Positions 10,414-19,403 of a stretch of DNA of 64,000 bases are shown piece by piece. A model generated the notes under the pieces. The model was given only the letters and a program-made list of their open reading frames with translations, did not search any database and had not been told where the DNA came from. Within the stretch, counting starts at the first letter, position 1. Each line of letters starts with the position of its first letter. Position numbers and translations under genes: made by a program. This DNA is from Gammaproteobacteria bacterium (GTDB taxonomy: Bacteria; Pseudomonadota; Gammaproteobacteria; Arenicellales; Poriferihabitantaceae). The stretch is from contig VYFG01000129.1 of the NCBI GenBank assembly GCA_009842505.1, positions 1,166 to 65,165 on the forward strand. The letters run 5' to 3'.

Positions 10414-11121
10414 CTACCCCAGCGTCGCACTCCCGTGGTATTTCCACATCAGCAGCGCCACGGCACTGCGGTGGGGAGACCAGCGCTCCGCGATGGCGGC
10501 GGATTCCCTGCCTGTGGGCCGGTCCAGAAGGCCGAGGTGGCGCTGTAGCGCCAATTGCAGCCCCAGGTCATCCTCCGGGAACACGTCCCGGTGACCGAGG
10601 GCGAACATGGCGTAGATCTGGCATGACCAGCGGCCGAACCCCCGGACCCTGATCAGCTCCCCGACCACCTCCCGCGTGTCCATCCGGTGCAGCGCGGACA
10701 GGTCCAAGTCGCCGCGCCGGATCATGTCCGCCAGGCCCAGCGCGTAGCCGATCTTCTGCCGCGACAGGCCGCATGCACGAAGCCCCGCCTCGCCGCGATT
10801 GAGAATCTTCCGCCAGGTGACCGTCCCCCGGCAGGACTGTTCGAGCCTTCGCCGGACAGCGGCGGCGGACCGCGTTGAAACCTGCTGCGAGATGATGATC
10901 TGCATCAGGGTTCCGAAACCCGGTTCATGGATACGGGGCTCCGGGTAGCCGATGCGCGCCACTAGGGCGCCGATTTCCGGATCGAGTGATCCCGCCCGGC
11001 GAAGCTGGTCGCGCAACCGGCGTCTGTGGCGATTGTCCGGGGAAGGTTGCAAGCCGGGAAGCCGGGGGGAGTCGAGGGAAGTCGGGGGGTTTCGCCATGG
11101 CCGAAGGCGTGAGAATATCAT
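10414..11121 (-). CDS. HhH-GPD DNA glycosylase (3-methyladenine glycosylase II / AlkA-like); start uncertain
   Basis: The C-terminal ~190 aa of the 363-aa track ORF (GFGTLMQIIISQQVS...GFGRWSCQIYAMFALGHRDVFPEDDLGL) look like the short AlkA/Mag family. The upstream part of the track ORF overlaps the divergent GNAT gene and is rejected. The only ATG (11121) overlaps the GNAT ATG. Confidence 0.65.
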   Translation of the reverse strand: MIFSRLRPWRNPPTSLDSPRLPGLQPSPDNRHRRRLRDQLRRAGSLDPEIGALVARIGYPEPRIHEPGFGTLMQIIISQQVSTRSAAAVRRRLEQSCRGTVTWRKILNRGEAGLRACGLSRQKIGYALGLADMIRRGDLDLSALHRMDTREVVGELIRVRGFGRWSCQIYAMFALGHRDVFPEDDLGLQLALQRHLGLLDRPTGRESAAIAERWSPHRSAVALLMWKYHGSATLG

Positions 11122-11623
11122 GGATGTTTTCCATCGAACCGCGACCCGGATGCCCGGACTAGACATCATCATCCGTCCCGGCGGACTGGAACAGGCAGCG
11201 GTGCAATCCCTGCTGCGGGAACATCTCGAACGGATGGCCGCCATCTCGCCACCGGAAAGCTGCCATGCCCTGGACGCCACGGAACTGGACCATCCCAGCG
11301 TATCGTTCTGGAGTGCCTGGGAAGGCGATGCGCTGGCCGGATGTGGCGCACTCAAGGAACTGGATGCCAGGCACGGCGAGATCAAGTCCATGCGTACCGC
11401 CGACGCGTACCTTCGCCGCGGAGTGGCGGCACGAATCCTCGAAACCATACTCGCCACCGCCGGCGGACGCGGATATGAGCGCCTCAGCCTGGAAACCGGC
11501 TCCATGGAGGAATTCGCCCCGGTCCGGACACTCTACGCAAGGTACGGATTTGAATACTGCCCGCCGTTCGGCGGATATGTATCCGACCCCAACAGCCTCT
11601 ACATGACCCTGAATCTTGCATGA
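11120..11623 (+). CDS. GNAT-family N-acetyltransferase
   Basis: 167 aa from the ATG at 11120 (MDVFHRT...). An acetyl-CoA-site-like segment RRGVAARILETILATAGGRGYERLSLET is present. The track ORF start at 10952 is an out-of-context extension. Confidence 0.8.
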   Translation: MDVFHRTATRMPGLDIIIRPGGLEQAAVQSLLREHLERMAAISPPESCHALDATELDHPSVSFWSAWEGDALAGCGALKELDARHGEIKSMRTADAYLRRGVAARILETILATAGGRGYERLSLETGSMEEFAPVRTLYARYGFEYCPPFGGYVSDPNSLYMTLNLA

Positions 11624-11716
11624 CCCGCCATGCCCCCGCGGCGCTCCTCGCTTTGGCAATCGCGGTTTTGCATTAGAATACCCGGCAGGTAAACACGATT
11701 CGCCAGTACGCGCCGC

Positions 11717-12397
11717 ATGCAACTGCTCATCGTAGAAGACGACACGGCCACCGCGGCCTACATCCAGAAGGGGCTTTCCGAGGCGGGCCACAACGCCGAC
11801 ATCTCGACCACGGGGGACGAGGGCCTTGCCATGGCCACCCAGGGCAACTACGACGCCCTGATCATTGACCGCATGCTGCCGAACCTCGACGGGCTGTCGC
11901 TGATCTCGTCGCTCCGGGACCGGGGACTGAAAACGCCCGCGCTGATCCTGAGCACCCTCGGCGAAGTCAGTGACCGCGTGGAAGGGCTGAAAATGGGCGG
12001 AGACGACTACCTGACCAAGCCCTTCGCGTTTTCGGAGTTGCTGGCACGGCTGGAGGCGCTGGCACGCCGCAACACCGCCGAGGCCCAGGAAACCACGCTG
12101 GTGGTCGGTGAACTGCGCATGGACCTGCTTGGACGTGAAGTCTGGCGGGGCGGAACCCCCATCGACCTGCAGCCAAGGGAATTCCGGCTGCTCGAATTCC
12201 TGATGCGGCACAGCAACCAGGTGGTGACCCGGACCATGCTGCTGGAAAACGTCTGGGACTACAACTTCGATCCCCAGACCAACGTCATTGACGTGCATAT
12301 CAGCCGCCTGCGCGGCAAAATCGACAAGAATTTCGATACCCAGATGCTGAACACCGTGCGCGGTGCCGGCTACATCCTGCGTGAAAGTCAAGCGTAA
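11717..12397 (+). CDS. OmpR/PhoB-family response regulator
   Basis: The receiver domain has the acidic pocket (VEDD...DRMLPNLDG...KP). The C-terminal winged helix reads LQPREFRLLEFLMRH...VIDVHISRLRGKI. Confidence 0.9.
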   Translation: MQLLIVEDDTATAAYIQKGLSEAGHNADISTTGDEGLAMATQGNYDALIIDRMLPNLDGLSLISSLRDRGLKTPALILSTLGEVSDRVEGLKMGGDDYLTKPFAFSELLARLEALARRNTAEAQETTLVVGELRMDLLGREVWRGGTPIDLQPREFRLLEFLMRHSNQVVTRTMLLENVWDYNFDPQTNVIDVHISRLRGKIDKNFDTQMLNTVRGAGYILRESQA

Positions 12398-13802
12398 ACT
12401 GTTCCACAGCTATACGTTCCGCCTGGCGCTGCTGTACGCGCTGATTTTCAGCAGTTCCACACTGATCCTGTTCTATTTCTTCTACCTGTTCACCGCCTCC
12501 TACATGACGCAGCAGATGGACAACACCATCGAAGCGGAAATCCAGGGGCTGGCGGAACGCTATGACCGGGACGGCCTGGAGGGTCTCACCCGCCTCATCG
12601 CCGAACGGGTCAACCGCTCCCAGGGTACCGGAAACTCCCTCTACCTACTGACCACCTACACCCTGGAACCCCTGGTGGGCAACCTCGACCGCTGGCCGCT
12701 CGAAGCTTCCATCGACAACGAAAAGTGGCTGGAGTTTTCCCTGGAGGTCAACGAGCAGACCAACGAAACCCACCTCGCCAGGGCGCGGATATTCCGCCTT
12801 CCCGGCCGCTACGGCCTGCTGGTGGGGCGGGACATCCACCAGCTCACCCAGGCAAAGCTGCGGATCGTCCAAGCACTGACCTGGGGGCTCGCCATCATGG
12901 TGCTGCTGGCCTTCGTCGGCGGGCTGGTCCTCAGCCGGCGCACGGTACGGAACATCGAACGAATCAACCAGACCGCCCGCAGCATCATGTCGGGAAACCT
13001 CTCCCGGCGGGTTGAGATCACCAACCGGAACGATGATTTCGACCAGCTCGCGGCCAACCTGAACCAGATGCTGGACCGCATCCAGACACTGATGGAGGAT
13101 ATCCGGCGGGTGTCGGACAATATTGCGCACGACCTCCGTACCCCGCTCACCCGGCTGAGACAGCACATGGAGGAAGCGCGCCGGCAGGTGGACTCCGAAT
13201 CCATCTCCGCAATCAGCTTGGAAAGCTCCATCCGGGAAGCGGATTCCCTGCTGACCACGTTCAACGCCCTGCTCAGGATCGCCAGGATAGAGGCCGGCCA
13301 GGTGACCACGGATTTCGCCGTCCTTGATTACCGCACCCTGGTGGAGGACGTGGTGGAGTTCTACGAACCGCTGGCCGAGGAGAAGAACCAGTTCCTCACG
13401 GTGGACGCGGGCAACACCATCAAGACGATGGGGGACCGGGACCTCCTGTTCCAGGCCCTCGCCAACGTGATCGAAAACGCCATCAAGTACACCCAGGAAA
13501 ACGGTCATATTTCCGTGATCCTGTCCCAACTGGACAACGATGCCGTGATCACCATCGCCGACAATGGCCCCGGAATCCCCGCGGAGGAGCGCGAGCGGGT
13601 GTTCCGCCGCTTCTACCGCCTTGACCGCAGCCGCTCCACGACGGGCAACGGCCTCGGACTCAGCATGGTCGCCGCCGTGGTGACCATGCACCAGGGCCAG
13701 ATCCGGCTGATGGACAACGACCCGGGACTGAAGACCGTCATGCAGTTCCCGCTCCTCGGCGGTGTCGGCAGCGTCGATCCGCCGCTGGCGGAGGCCGCCT
13801 GA
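12363..13802 (+). CDS. Sensor histidine kinase (2 TM, HAMP, HisKA, HATPase)
   Basis: H-box SDNIAHDLRTPLT, N-box NVIENAIKYT and G-boxes DNGPGIP / GNGLGLS are present. The GTG start is at 12363 or 12381; both overlap the regulator's 3' end. Confidence 0.9.
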   Translation: MPATSCVKVKRKLFHSYTFRLALLYALIFSSSTLILFYFFYLFTASYMTQQMDNTIEAEIQGLAERYDRDGLEGLTRLIAERVNRSQGTGNSLYLLTTYTLEPLVGNLDRWPLEASIDNEKWLEFSLEVNEQTNETHLARARIFRLPGRYGLLVGRDIHQLTQAKLRIVQALTWGLAIMVLLAFVGGLVLSRRTVRNIERINQTARSIMSGNLSRRVEITNRNDDFDQLAANLNQMLDRIQTLMEDIRRVSDNIAHDLRTPLTRLRQHMEEARRQVDSESISAISLESSIREADSLLTTFNALLRIARIEAGQVTTDFAVLDYRTLVEDVVEFYEPLAEEKNQFLTVDAGNTIKTMGDRDLLFQALANVIENAIKYTQENGHISVILSQLDNDAVITIADNGPGIPAEERERVFRRFYRLDRSRSTTGNGLGLSMVAAVVTMHQGQIRLMDNDPGLKTVMQFPLLGGVGSVDPPLAEAA

Positions 13803-13830
13803 CCATACGGCATCACAACGACCACGGCCA

Positions 13831-14868
13831 ATGAAGATTCCGGAATCCGTAACCTCCACCAACAGGATCATCGTGGGCTGCGCCGCCATCGTGGTGGTGA
13901 TCGCCGGCATGCGCACCGCCAGCGGCATCCTCGCGCCGCTGCTGATGGCGGCGTTCATCTCCATCATCTGCTCGGCGCCGCTGTTCTGGCTCAAGCGCCG
14001 CGGCCTCACCAATTCCGTGGCGCTCGTCCTGATTGTGGCGGTTCTCGGACTGGCCGGAGCGGCCGTGGTGGGGCTGATTGCCGGCTCCCTGGACGAGTTC
14101 AGCAACACCATCCCGCGCTATCGGGAAAATCTCGGTGAGCTCTACCACGACCTGAATTCGCTGCTGGGGCAATGGGGATACGTGATCCCGCTCGAAGGCG
14201 TCTACGAGCAGCTGGATCCCAATGCCCTGATCCGATTCCTCAACTACATGCTGAACGGGCTCAGCGGGATCATCGGCGACGGGCTCATTGTATTCCTGGC
14301 GGTGCTGTTCATCCTGGCCGAGGTATCGACGCTGCCGGAAAAACTGCGCAGCACCCTGAAGAAGCCCGACGAGTCCATGGCCCACTTCCAGACCTTCATC
14401 ACCAAGGTCATCCATTATCTCGGCCTCAAGGCCGCCACCAGCCTGCTCACAGCGGTCTGCGTGGCGGTGATCCTGTGGTTTCTGGAGATCGACTACGTGT
14501 TCCTTTGGGCGGTGCTGGCCTTCTTTCTCAACTTCATTCCCTATATCGGCTCCATTCTCGCCGGGCTGCCCGCCGTGGTCCTGGGACTGATCGATCATGG
14601 CCCCCTGGTGGCACTGTGGACCACCCTCGGCTATGTGGCCGTCAACATCATTGTCGGCAACGTGATCGAGACCCGGTGGATGGGCGAGGGCCTGAACCTG
14701 TCCTCGTTCGTGGTGTTCGTCTCCCTGATTTTCTGGGGCTGGGTGCTGGGGCCCACCGGCATGTTCCTGTCCATCCCCCTGACCATGTCCATCACAATTG
14801 CCCTTGAAAGCAATCCAGAGACGCGCCCGATCGCCCGCCTGATGCGGAACACCCCCCGGGAGCCCTGA
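13831..14868 (+). CDS. AI-2E/PerM-family membrane transporter
   Basis: 345 aa from the ATG at 13831 (MKIPESV...). It is multi-TM with the family-typical FLNFIPYIGSILAGLP segment. Confidence 0.8.
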   Translation: MKIPESVTSTNRIIVGCAAIVVVIAGMRTASGILAPLLMAAFISIICSAPLFWLKRRGLTNSVALVLIVAVLGLAGAAVVGLIAGSLDEFSNTIPRYRENLGELYHDLNSLLGQWGYVIPLEGVYEQLDPNALIRFLNYMLNGLSGIIGDGLIVFLAVLFILAEVSTLPEKLRSTLKKPDESMAHFQTFITKVIHYLGLKAATSLLTAVCVAVILWFLEIDYVFLWAVLAFFLNFIPYIGSILAGLPAVVLGLIDHGPLVALWTTLGYVAVNIIVGNVIETRWMGEGLNLSSFVVFVSLIFWGWVLGPTGMFLSIPLTMSITIALESNPETRPIARLMRNTPREP

Positions 14869-14892
14869 ACGCGGCCACCGGGCCGCCGGAGA

Positions 14893-15519
14893 TCACTCCA
14901 GGCGGATGAGGGCGCCGGCGGGCTGCTCCGTGGAATCCCCGCTGTCGCCGGGCCGGGTCAGGGCCCCGGCCGGCTCGCCGTTCCGTTCGCGGTCTCCGGC
15001 CCAGTCGCCCGGGGCGAACCACCGGGAGGCGATCCGGTCGATGGGAACCAGATCGGAAATCCGGTCGAAGCCAAACCGCGGCAACAGGGTCAATCCTCCC
15101 GCCACAAGCCCGCCGAGCACCAGGAGGACCAGCACCCGGCGAAGGGCGGAGTTGCCGGATTTCCTTCTCCAGGCACGGGGACGGGGACGGAACCTGATTC
15201 TGCGTCCGGTCGTCTCCTTGCCGGACCCGATTCCGGTGATCAGGGCGGGTTCAGGCTCCAGTTCGACCCTGCCGACCAGGTCGTCCTCATCCAGGTGCAG
15301 CAGCCTGGCATAGGACCTCATGTAGCCCTTGACGAACGTGGGACCGGCCAGCCTTGAATAGTCTCCGGCTTCCAGGTCCTCAATCACATCCGCGCCCAGC
15401 TTGAGACTGACGGCCACTTCTTCCACCGTAAGGCCCATTTCCATCCTGCACTCCCCAAGCAGCTCTCCCGGGGAAGCCGGCGGCCGGGGTGTCGCTTCTG
15501 TCAACCCGGAGTCATTCAT
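14893..15519 (-). CDS. XRE-type HTH protein with a single TM segment (RodZ-like N-terminal architecture)
   Basis: GELLGECRMEMGLTVEEVAVSLKLGADVIEDLEAGDY...FVKGYMRSYARLL is followed by the TM segment VLVLLVLGGLVAGGL. I prefer the ATG at 15519 (MNDSG...). The track start at 15549 lies inside the insertion-element inverted repeat. Confidence 0.6.
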   Translation of the reverse strand: MNDSGLTEATPRPPASPGELLGECRMEMGLTVEEVAVSLKLGADVIEDLEAGDYSRLAGPTFVKGYMRSYARLLHLDEDDLVGRVELEPEPALITGIGSGKETTGRRIRFRPRPRAWRRKSGNSALRRVLVLLVLGGLVAGGLTLLPRFGFDRISDLVPIDRIASRWFAPGDWAGDRERNGEPAGALTRPGDSGDSTEQPAGALIRLE

Positions 15520-15524
15520 CAAAT
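15517..15524. repeat. Flanking direct repeat CATCAAAT (copy 1)
   Basis: An identical octamer abuts the outer edge of both inverted repeats (second copy at 16817-16824). Confidence 0.8.
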
Positions 15525-15548
15525 GGGAATTATATAGATCAGTTGACA
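15525..15548. repeat. Terminal inverted repeat (tnpB-distal end)
   Basis: The reverse complement of GGGAATTATATAGATCAGTTGACA is TGTCAACTGATCTATATAATTCCC. The other end reads TGTCAACTGATCTATAGGATTCCC. Confidence 0.85.
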
Positions 15549-15552
15549 TACG

Positions 15553-16773
15553 TCATGCAGCCAACCGGTCAGATACATTTTGACGGATCGTGGAAGTGGA
15601 CAAACCCAACGCTTCTCCCCGCCCAGACGCCCCAATCCCGGAGGCCAGAATACTCAATGCGGCATTTACATCCGCATTGCCTTGGTGCCCGCAATGAACG
15701 CACTCAAATTCCGATCGCATCTTGCGATTGCCCTTGTCCACAGAACCGCACGCGTGGCACGTCCGGGATGTGTAGGCAGGGTCCACGGATACGACCCGGG
15801 AAGCCTTGTACTCAAGTTGCATCCTGAAAGAGGTCCATCCGGTCTGCAGCACTTCCCGGTTCAGCCCCGCCTTGGCGGATACGTTCTTCCCGGGTTGATC
15901 CCTGGTTCCCCTGGCGGAAGCCGTCATGCCCCTTACGTTGAGGGCCTCGACGACAACCGTGCCGGCGATATCGGTGACCCCACGGCTGACCCGATGCTGC
16001 CAGTCGGCACGGACAGCAGCGATCCCGCGCTGCGTCTTCGCGCATGAATGACGGGCCCTGGCCCTTCGGCTCGATCCCTTCTGTCTCCGCGCCATCATCC
16101 GCTGGTATCGACGCTTGCGGGCCTCCAGCCGGGAGGTGTCGGGCATGAAGTAGATTGCCCCTTCACGGGTAGCCACCTGGCCCACGTCCATGTCCATGCC
16201 GATGGAGCGGCCGTTGTCCTCGCGCACATCCGGCACTGCATAGGTGACGACAGCGTACCACTTCCCAAGAAAGCGCTTGACCGTCACCTGCACAGGCTTG
16301 CAACCTGTCCGGTCAAGGTATGGGTCCCCTCCCTTCCGTGACAGCCTGAACTTCTCGGGAATCGTGAAACTGTCGTTCCCGAGGCGGGACTTGTATTTGG
16401 GAAATCCGCCGCCCTTGAACGCCTTCTTCCAGGCTCCCGACTGGCGCTTGAGGGAGTATCGCACGATGGCAAAAGGCAGTTCCTGCAGCCAGGTCTCCTG
16501 TCCGCCCCTGGACGAACGCGTCTTGCCGCTGCGCAGGGAAGTGAACCACTTGCCCATGGAAAAGAAGGTTGTGCTCGGGGCGGGTACTGCATCCGCGGTA
16601 GCCGGAAATTGCGCCAGCAGGCGGGCGATTTCCAGCTGCTGCTGATTGTGGGCAATGGCTTCATTCCACACGAATCGGTACGCCCCGGCCAGCCTTGAAA
16701 GCATGTCGTGCTTCCGTTGACTGCGCGGATACAGGCGGTAGATTACGCCCCGGTACATGGTCCGTGCGCTCAT
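15553..16773 (-). CDS. tnpB: TnpB (IS605 OrfB-family RNA-guided RuvC nuclease)
   Basis: 406 aa. The N-terminus is the OrfB type (YRLYP...RFVWNEAI). RuvC-like residues are in IGMDMDVG (D), VVVEALNVRGM (E) and GNADVNAA (D). The zinc finger reads CHACG...CVHCG. Confidence 0.9.
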   Translation of the reverse strand: MSARTMYRGVIYRLYPRSQRKHDMLSRLAGAYRFVWNEAIAHNQQQLEIARLLAQFPATADAVPAPSTTFFSMGKWFTSLRSGKTRSSRGGQETWLQELPFAIVRYSLKRQSGAWKKAFKGGGFPKYKSRLGNDSFTIPEKFRLSRKGGDPYLDRTGCKPVQVTVKRFLGKWYAVVTYAVPDVREDNGRSIGMDMDVGQVATREGAIYFMPDTSRLEARKRRYQRMMARRQKGSSRRARARHSCAKTQRGIAAVRADWQHRVSRGVTDIAGTVVVEALNVRGMTASARGTRDQPGKNVSAKAGLNREVLQTGWTSFRMQLEYKASRVVSVDPAYTSRTCHACGSVDKGNRKMRSEFECVHCGHQGNADVNAALSILASGIGASGRGEALGLSTSTIRQNVSDRLAA

Positions 16774-16792
16774 GAAGGCTGGTTTATCAACT

Positions 16793-16816
16793 TGTCAACT
16801 GATCTATAGGATTCCC
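16793..16816. repeat. Terminal inverted repeat (tnpB-proximal end)
   Basis: TGTCAACTGATCTATAGGATTCCC matches the other end at 22/24 positions in inverted orientation. Confidence 0.85.
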
Positions 16817-16824
16817 CATCAAAT
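16817..16824. repeat. Flanking direct repeat CATCAAAT (copy 2)
   Basis: Identical to 15517-15524 and immediately outside the inverted repeat. Confidence 0.8.
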
Positions 16825-16997
16825 CGCCTTGCTCGGACTGCTCATTGCCTCCACCCGACGGGGCATGGTCAAACGGCGAAGCCCGGTGCAGCGGCCGCCC
16901 CGGAACCGGTTCTGCGTTAGTTCCCCCGCAGCCGGATCCGGCACCTGGCTGCCGACTTCAAATCGAACCAGACATCCTGATCTCCCCGGACAAGTGG

Positions 16998-19091
16998 TCA
17001 GGCGCCTGCGGATGCCACGGCCTTCATGCTGAGACGAACCCGGCCCTGCTTGTCCACCTCCAGGACCTTTACCCTGACAACATCGCCTTCCTTGAGCACA
17101 TCGCTGACCTGGTCGACCCGCTCGTTGGATATCTGGGAGATATGCACCAGGCCGTCCCGGCCGGGCAGGATGTTGACGAAGGCGCCGAAGTCCATCAGGC
17201 GGACCACCTTGCCCGTGTAGATGGTGTTGACTTCCACGTCGGCGGTAATCTGCTGGATGCGGCGGATGGCTTCCTGGGCCGCGGAATTGTCGGTGGAGGC
17301 GATCTTCACTGTGCCGTCGTCATCAATATCGATGGTGACGCCGGTTTCATCCGACAAGGCGCGGATCGTGGAACCGCCCTTGCCGATGACATCGCGGATC
17401 TTCTCGGGGTTGATGGTGATCGTGACGATCCGGGGCGCGTAGTCGGACATTTCCTCCCGCGGCACGGAAATCACCCTGGCCATCTCCCCCAGGATATGCA
17501 GCCGCCCTTCCCTGGCCTGGGACAGCGCCTGCTGCATGATTTCCCGGGTGATGCCGTCGATCTTGATATCCATCTGCAGCGCGGTGATGCCCTGGTCGGT
17601 GCCGGCCACCTTGAAGTCCATGTCGCCCAGGTGATCCTCGTCACCGAGTATGTCGGTGAGCACGGAGAAACGATCGCCCTCCTTGATCAGCCCCATGGCA
17701 ACGCCGGCCACGGCGGACTTCACTGGGACACCGGCATCCATCAGCGCCAGGCTGGTGCCGCAGACACTGGCCATGGAACTGGAACCGTTGGACTCGGTGA
17801 TTTCGGAGACGACCCGGATTGTGTACGGAAACTCTTCCTGGTCGGGTACCACGGCGAGAATGCCGCGCTTGGCCAGCCGTCCATGACCGATCTCGCGGCG
17901 CTTCGGGCTGCCCACCCTGCCGGTCTCGCCGACACAATAGGGCGGAAAATTGTAGTGCAGCATGAAATTGTCGCGATATTCACCGTCAAGGGCATCGATG
18001 ATCTGCGCATCTCGCTCGGTTCCGAGCGTCGCCACGACAATGGCCTGGGTCTCGCCGCGGGTGAACTTGGCGGAACCGTGGGTTCTCGGAAGCACACCGG
18101 TCTCGATGTTGATGGGGCGCACGGTACGGGTGTCCCGGCCGTCGATCCGCGGATTTCCGTCCAGGATCTGGCTGCGCACCACGTTCTTCTGCAACTTCTT
18201 GAACTCGTCCTGAACGGCGCTGCGGACATCCTCCGCCGTGCCTTCGGGACACAGTTCCTCCAGCAGCGCCTCCTTCACTTCGGCAACGGCATTCTGGCGC
18301 TCCACCTTGTCGCTGATCCTGAACGCCCCCGCGATCCGTTCCCCGCAGAGGCCGGCAACGGTCCCCGCGAGGGAGGTGTCCTGCGCCGGCGGCTGCCAGT
18401 CCCACCTGGGCTTGCCGGCTTCCCGGCCCAGCTCCCGCGCAGTCCGGATCACGGCCTGGAGGGCCTCGTGGCCGAACATCACGGCGCCCAGCATCTCGTC
18501 CTCGGACAGTACGTTGGCCTCGGATTCCACCATCAGGACGGCGTTTTCCGTCCCCGCCACCACGAGGTCCAGGCGGGACTGCTCCTGCAGTTGGGTGCGG
18601 GTGGGATTGAGTACGTACTGGCCGTCGATGTATCCCACCCGGGCGGCGCCGATGGGGCCGTTGAACGGAATGCCGGACACCTCGAGCGCTGCCGAAGCGC
18701 CGATCATGGCGACGACGTCGGGGTTGATTTCCGGATCCACCGACAGCACCGTGCAGATGATCTGGACCTCGTTCATGTAGCCGTCGGGAAACAGGGGGCG
18801 GATGGGGCGGTCGATGAGGCGGCAGGTGAGCACGGCGTTTTCAGAGGGGCGGCCTTCCCGCTTGAAGAATCCGCCGGGAATGCGGCCCACGGCATAGTTG
18901 CGCTCCTCGTAGTCCACGGTCAGGGGAAAGAAGTCCTGCTGGCCGGGTTCCCGGCGCCCCACCACGGTTACCAGAACGACCGTGTCACCCATACTGGTGA
19001 CCACCGCGCCGTCAGCCTGTCTTGCCATTGCGCCGGTTTCCAGGCGCACCTCGTTTTGACCGTACTGAAAGGTCTTGATTACTCTGTTCAC
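16998..19091 (-). CDS. pnp: Polynucleotide phosphorylase
   Basis: 697 aa with a GTG start. It has two RNase PH-like halves plus C-terminal KH and S1 regions ([29 protein letters not shown]). It lies downstream of rpsO. Confidence 0.95.
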   Translation of the reverse strand: MNRVIKTFQYGQNEVRLETGAMARQADGAVVTSMGDTVVLVTVVGRREPGQQDFFPLTVDYEERNYAVGRIPGGFFKREGRPSENAVLTCRLIDRPIRPLFPDGYMNEVQIICTVLSVDPEINPDVVAMIGASAALEVSGIPFNGPIGAARVGYIDGQYVLNPTRTQLQEQSRLDLVVAGTENAVLMVESEANVLSEDEMLGAVMFGHEALQAVIRTARELGREAGKPRWDWQPPAQDTSLAGTVAGLCGERIAGAFRISDKVERQNAVAEVKEALLEELCPEGTAEDVRSAVQDEFKKLQKNVVRSQILDGNPRIDGRDTRTVRPINIETGVLPRTHGSAKFTRGETQAIVVATLGTERDAQIIDALDGEYRDNFMLHYNFPPYCVGETGRVGSPKRREIGHGRLAKRGILAVVPDQEEFPYTIRVVSEITESNGSSSMASVCGTSLALMDAGVPVKSAVAGVAMGLIKEGDRFSVLTDILGDEDHLGDMDFKVAGTDQGITALQMDIKIDGITREIMQQALSQAREGRLHILGEMARVISVPREEMSDYAPRIVTITINPEKIRDVIGKGGSTIRALSDETGVTIDIDDDGTVKIASTDNSAAQEAIRRIQQITADVEVNTIYTGKVVRLMDFGAFVNILPGRDGLVHISQISNERVDQVSDVLKEGDVVRVKVLEVDKQGRVRLSMKAVASAGA

Positions 19092-19133
19092 TTAATGTGT
19101 CTCCAGCGCCTGGCGCGGTAGATTCCGGGGGGG

Positions 19134-19403
19134 TTATTTCCGCAGGCCAAGTTTTGCAATGAGGGCGCGATAGCGCTCGATATCGGTCTTTCGCAGGTAA
19201 CTCAGCAGCTTGCGCCGATGGTTTACAAGCCGCAGCAGCCCCTGGCGGGAATGGTGGTCGTGGATATGGGTTTTGAAATGTCGGGAGAGATCCTCGATGC
19301 GCGCCGTCATGAGCGCGATCTGGACTTCGGGCGATCCGGTGTCCCCCTCGCTGCGCCGGTGCTCTTTCACCACGGCAGCCTTGTCTTCGGCAGTCAAAGC
19401 CAT
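19134..19403 (-). CDS. rpsO: 30S ribosomal protein S15
   Basis: 89 aa. [38 protein letters not shown] is present. Confidence 0.95.
   Translation of the reverse strand: MALTAEDKAAVVKEHRRSEGDTGSPEVQIALMTARIEDLSRHFKTHIHDHHSRQGLLRLVNHRRKLLSYLRKTDIERYRALIAKLGLRK

Larger units (their letters stand above)
15525..16816 (-). mobile_element. tnpB-only insertion element (1,292 bp) bounded by 24-bp imperfect inverted repeats
   Basis: The ends match at 22/24 positions in inverted orientation. An 8-bp direct repeat lies outside both ends. The single internal gene is tnpB. Confidence 0.8.

Noticed and set aside
15553-16773. Nuclease-dead TnpB derivative acting as an RNA-guided repressor (TldR-type) of the adjacent HTH gene
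   Set aside because: The protein is full length (406 aa) and keeps the RuvC D/E/D residues and the zinc finger. It also sits inside an intact element with matching ends. It therefore looks like an active transposon-borne TnpB rather than an exapted one.
16845-19121. 758-aa plus-strand ORF, the longest of several, lying opposite pnp
   Set aside because: It is fully antisense to an unmistakable PNPase gene. The translation is low-complexity (G/A/H/D/L/R rich) with no recognisable domain. This is the typical high-GC antisense ORF artefact.
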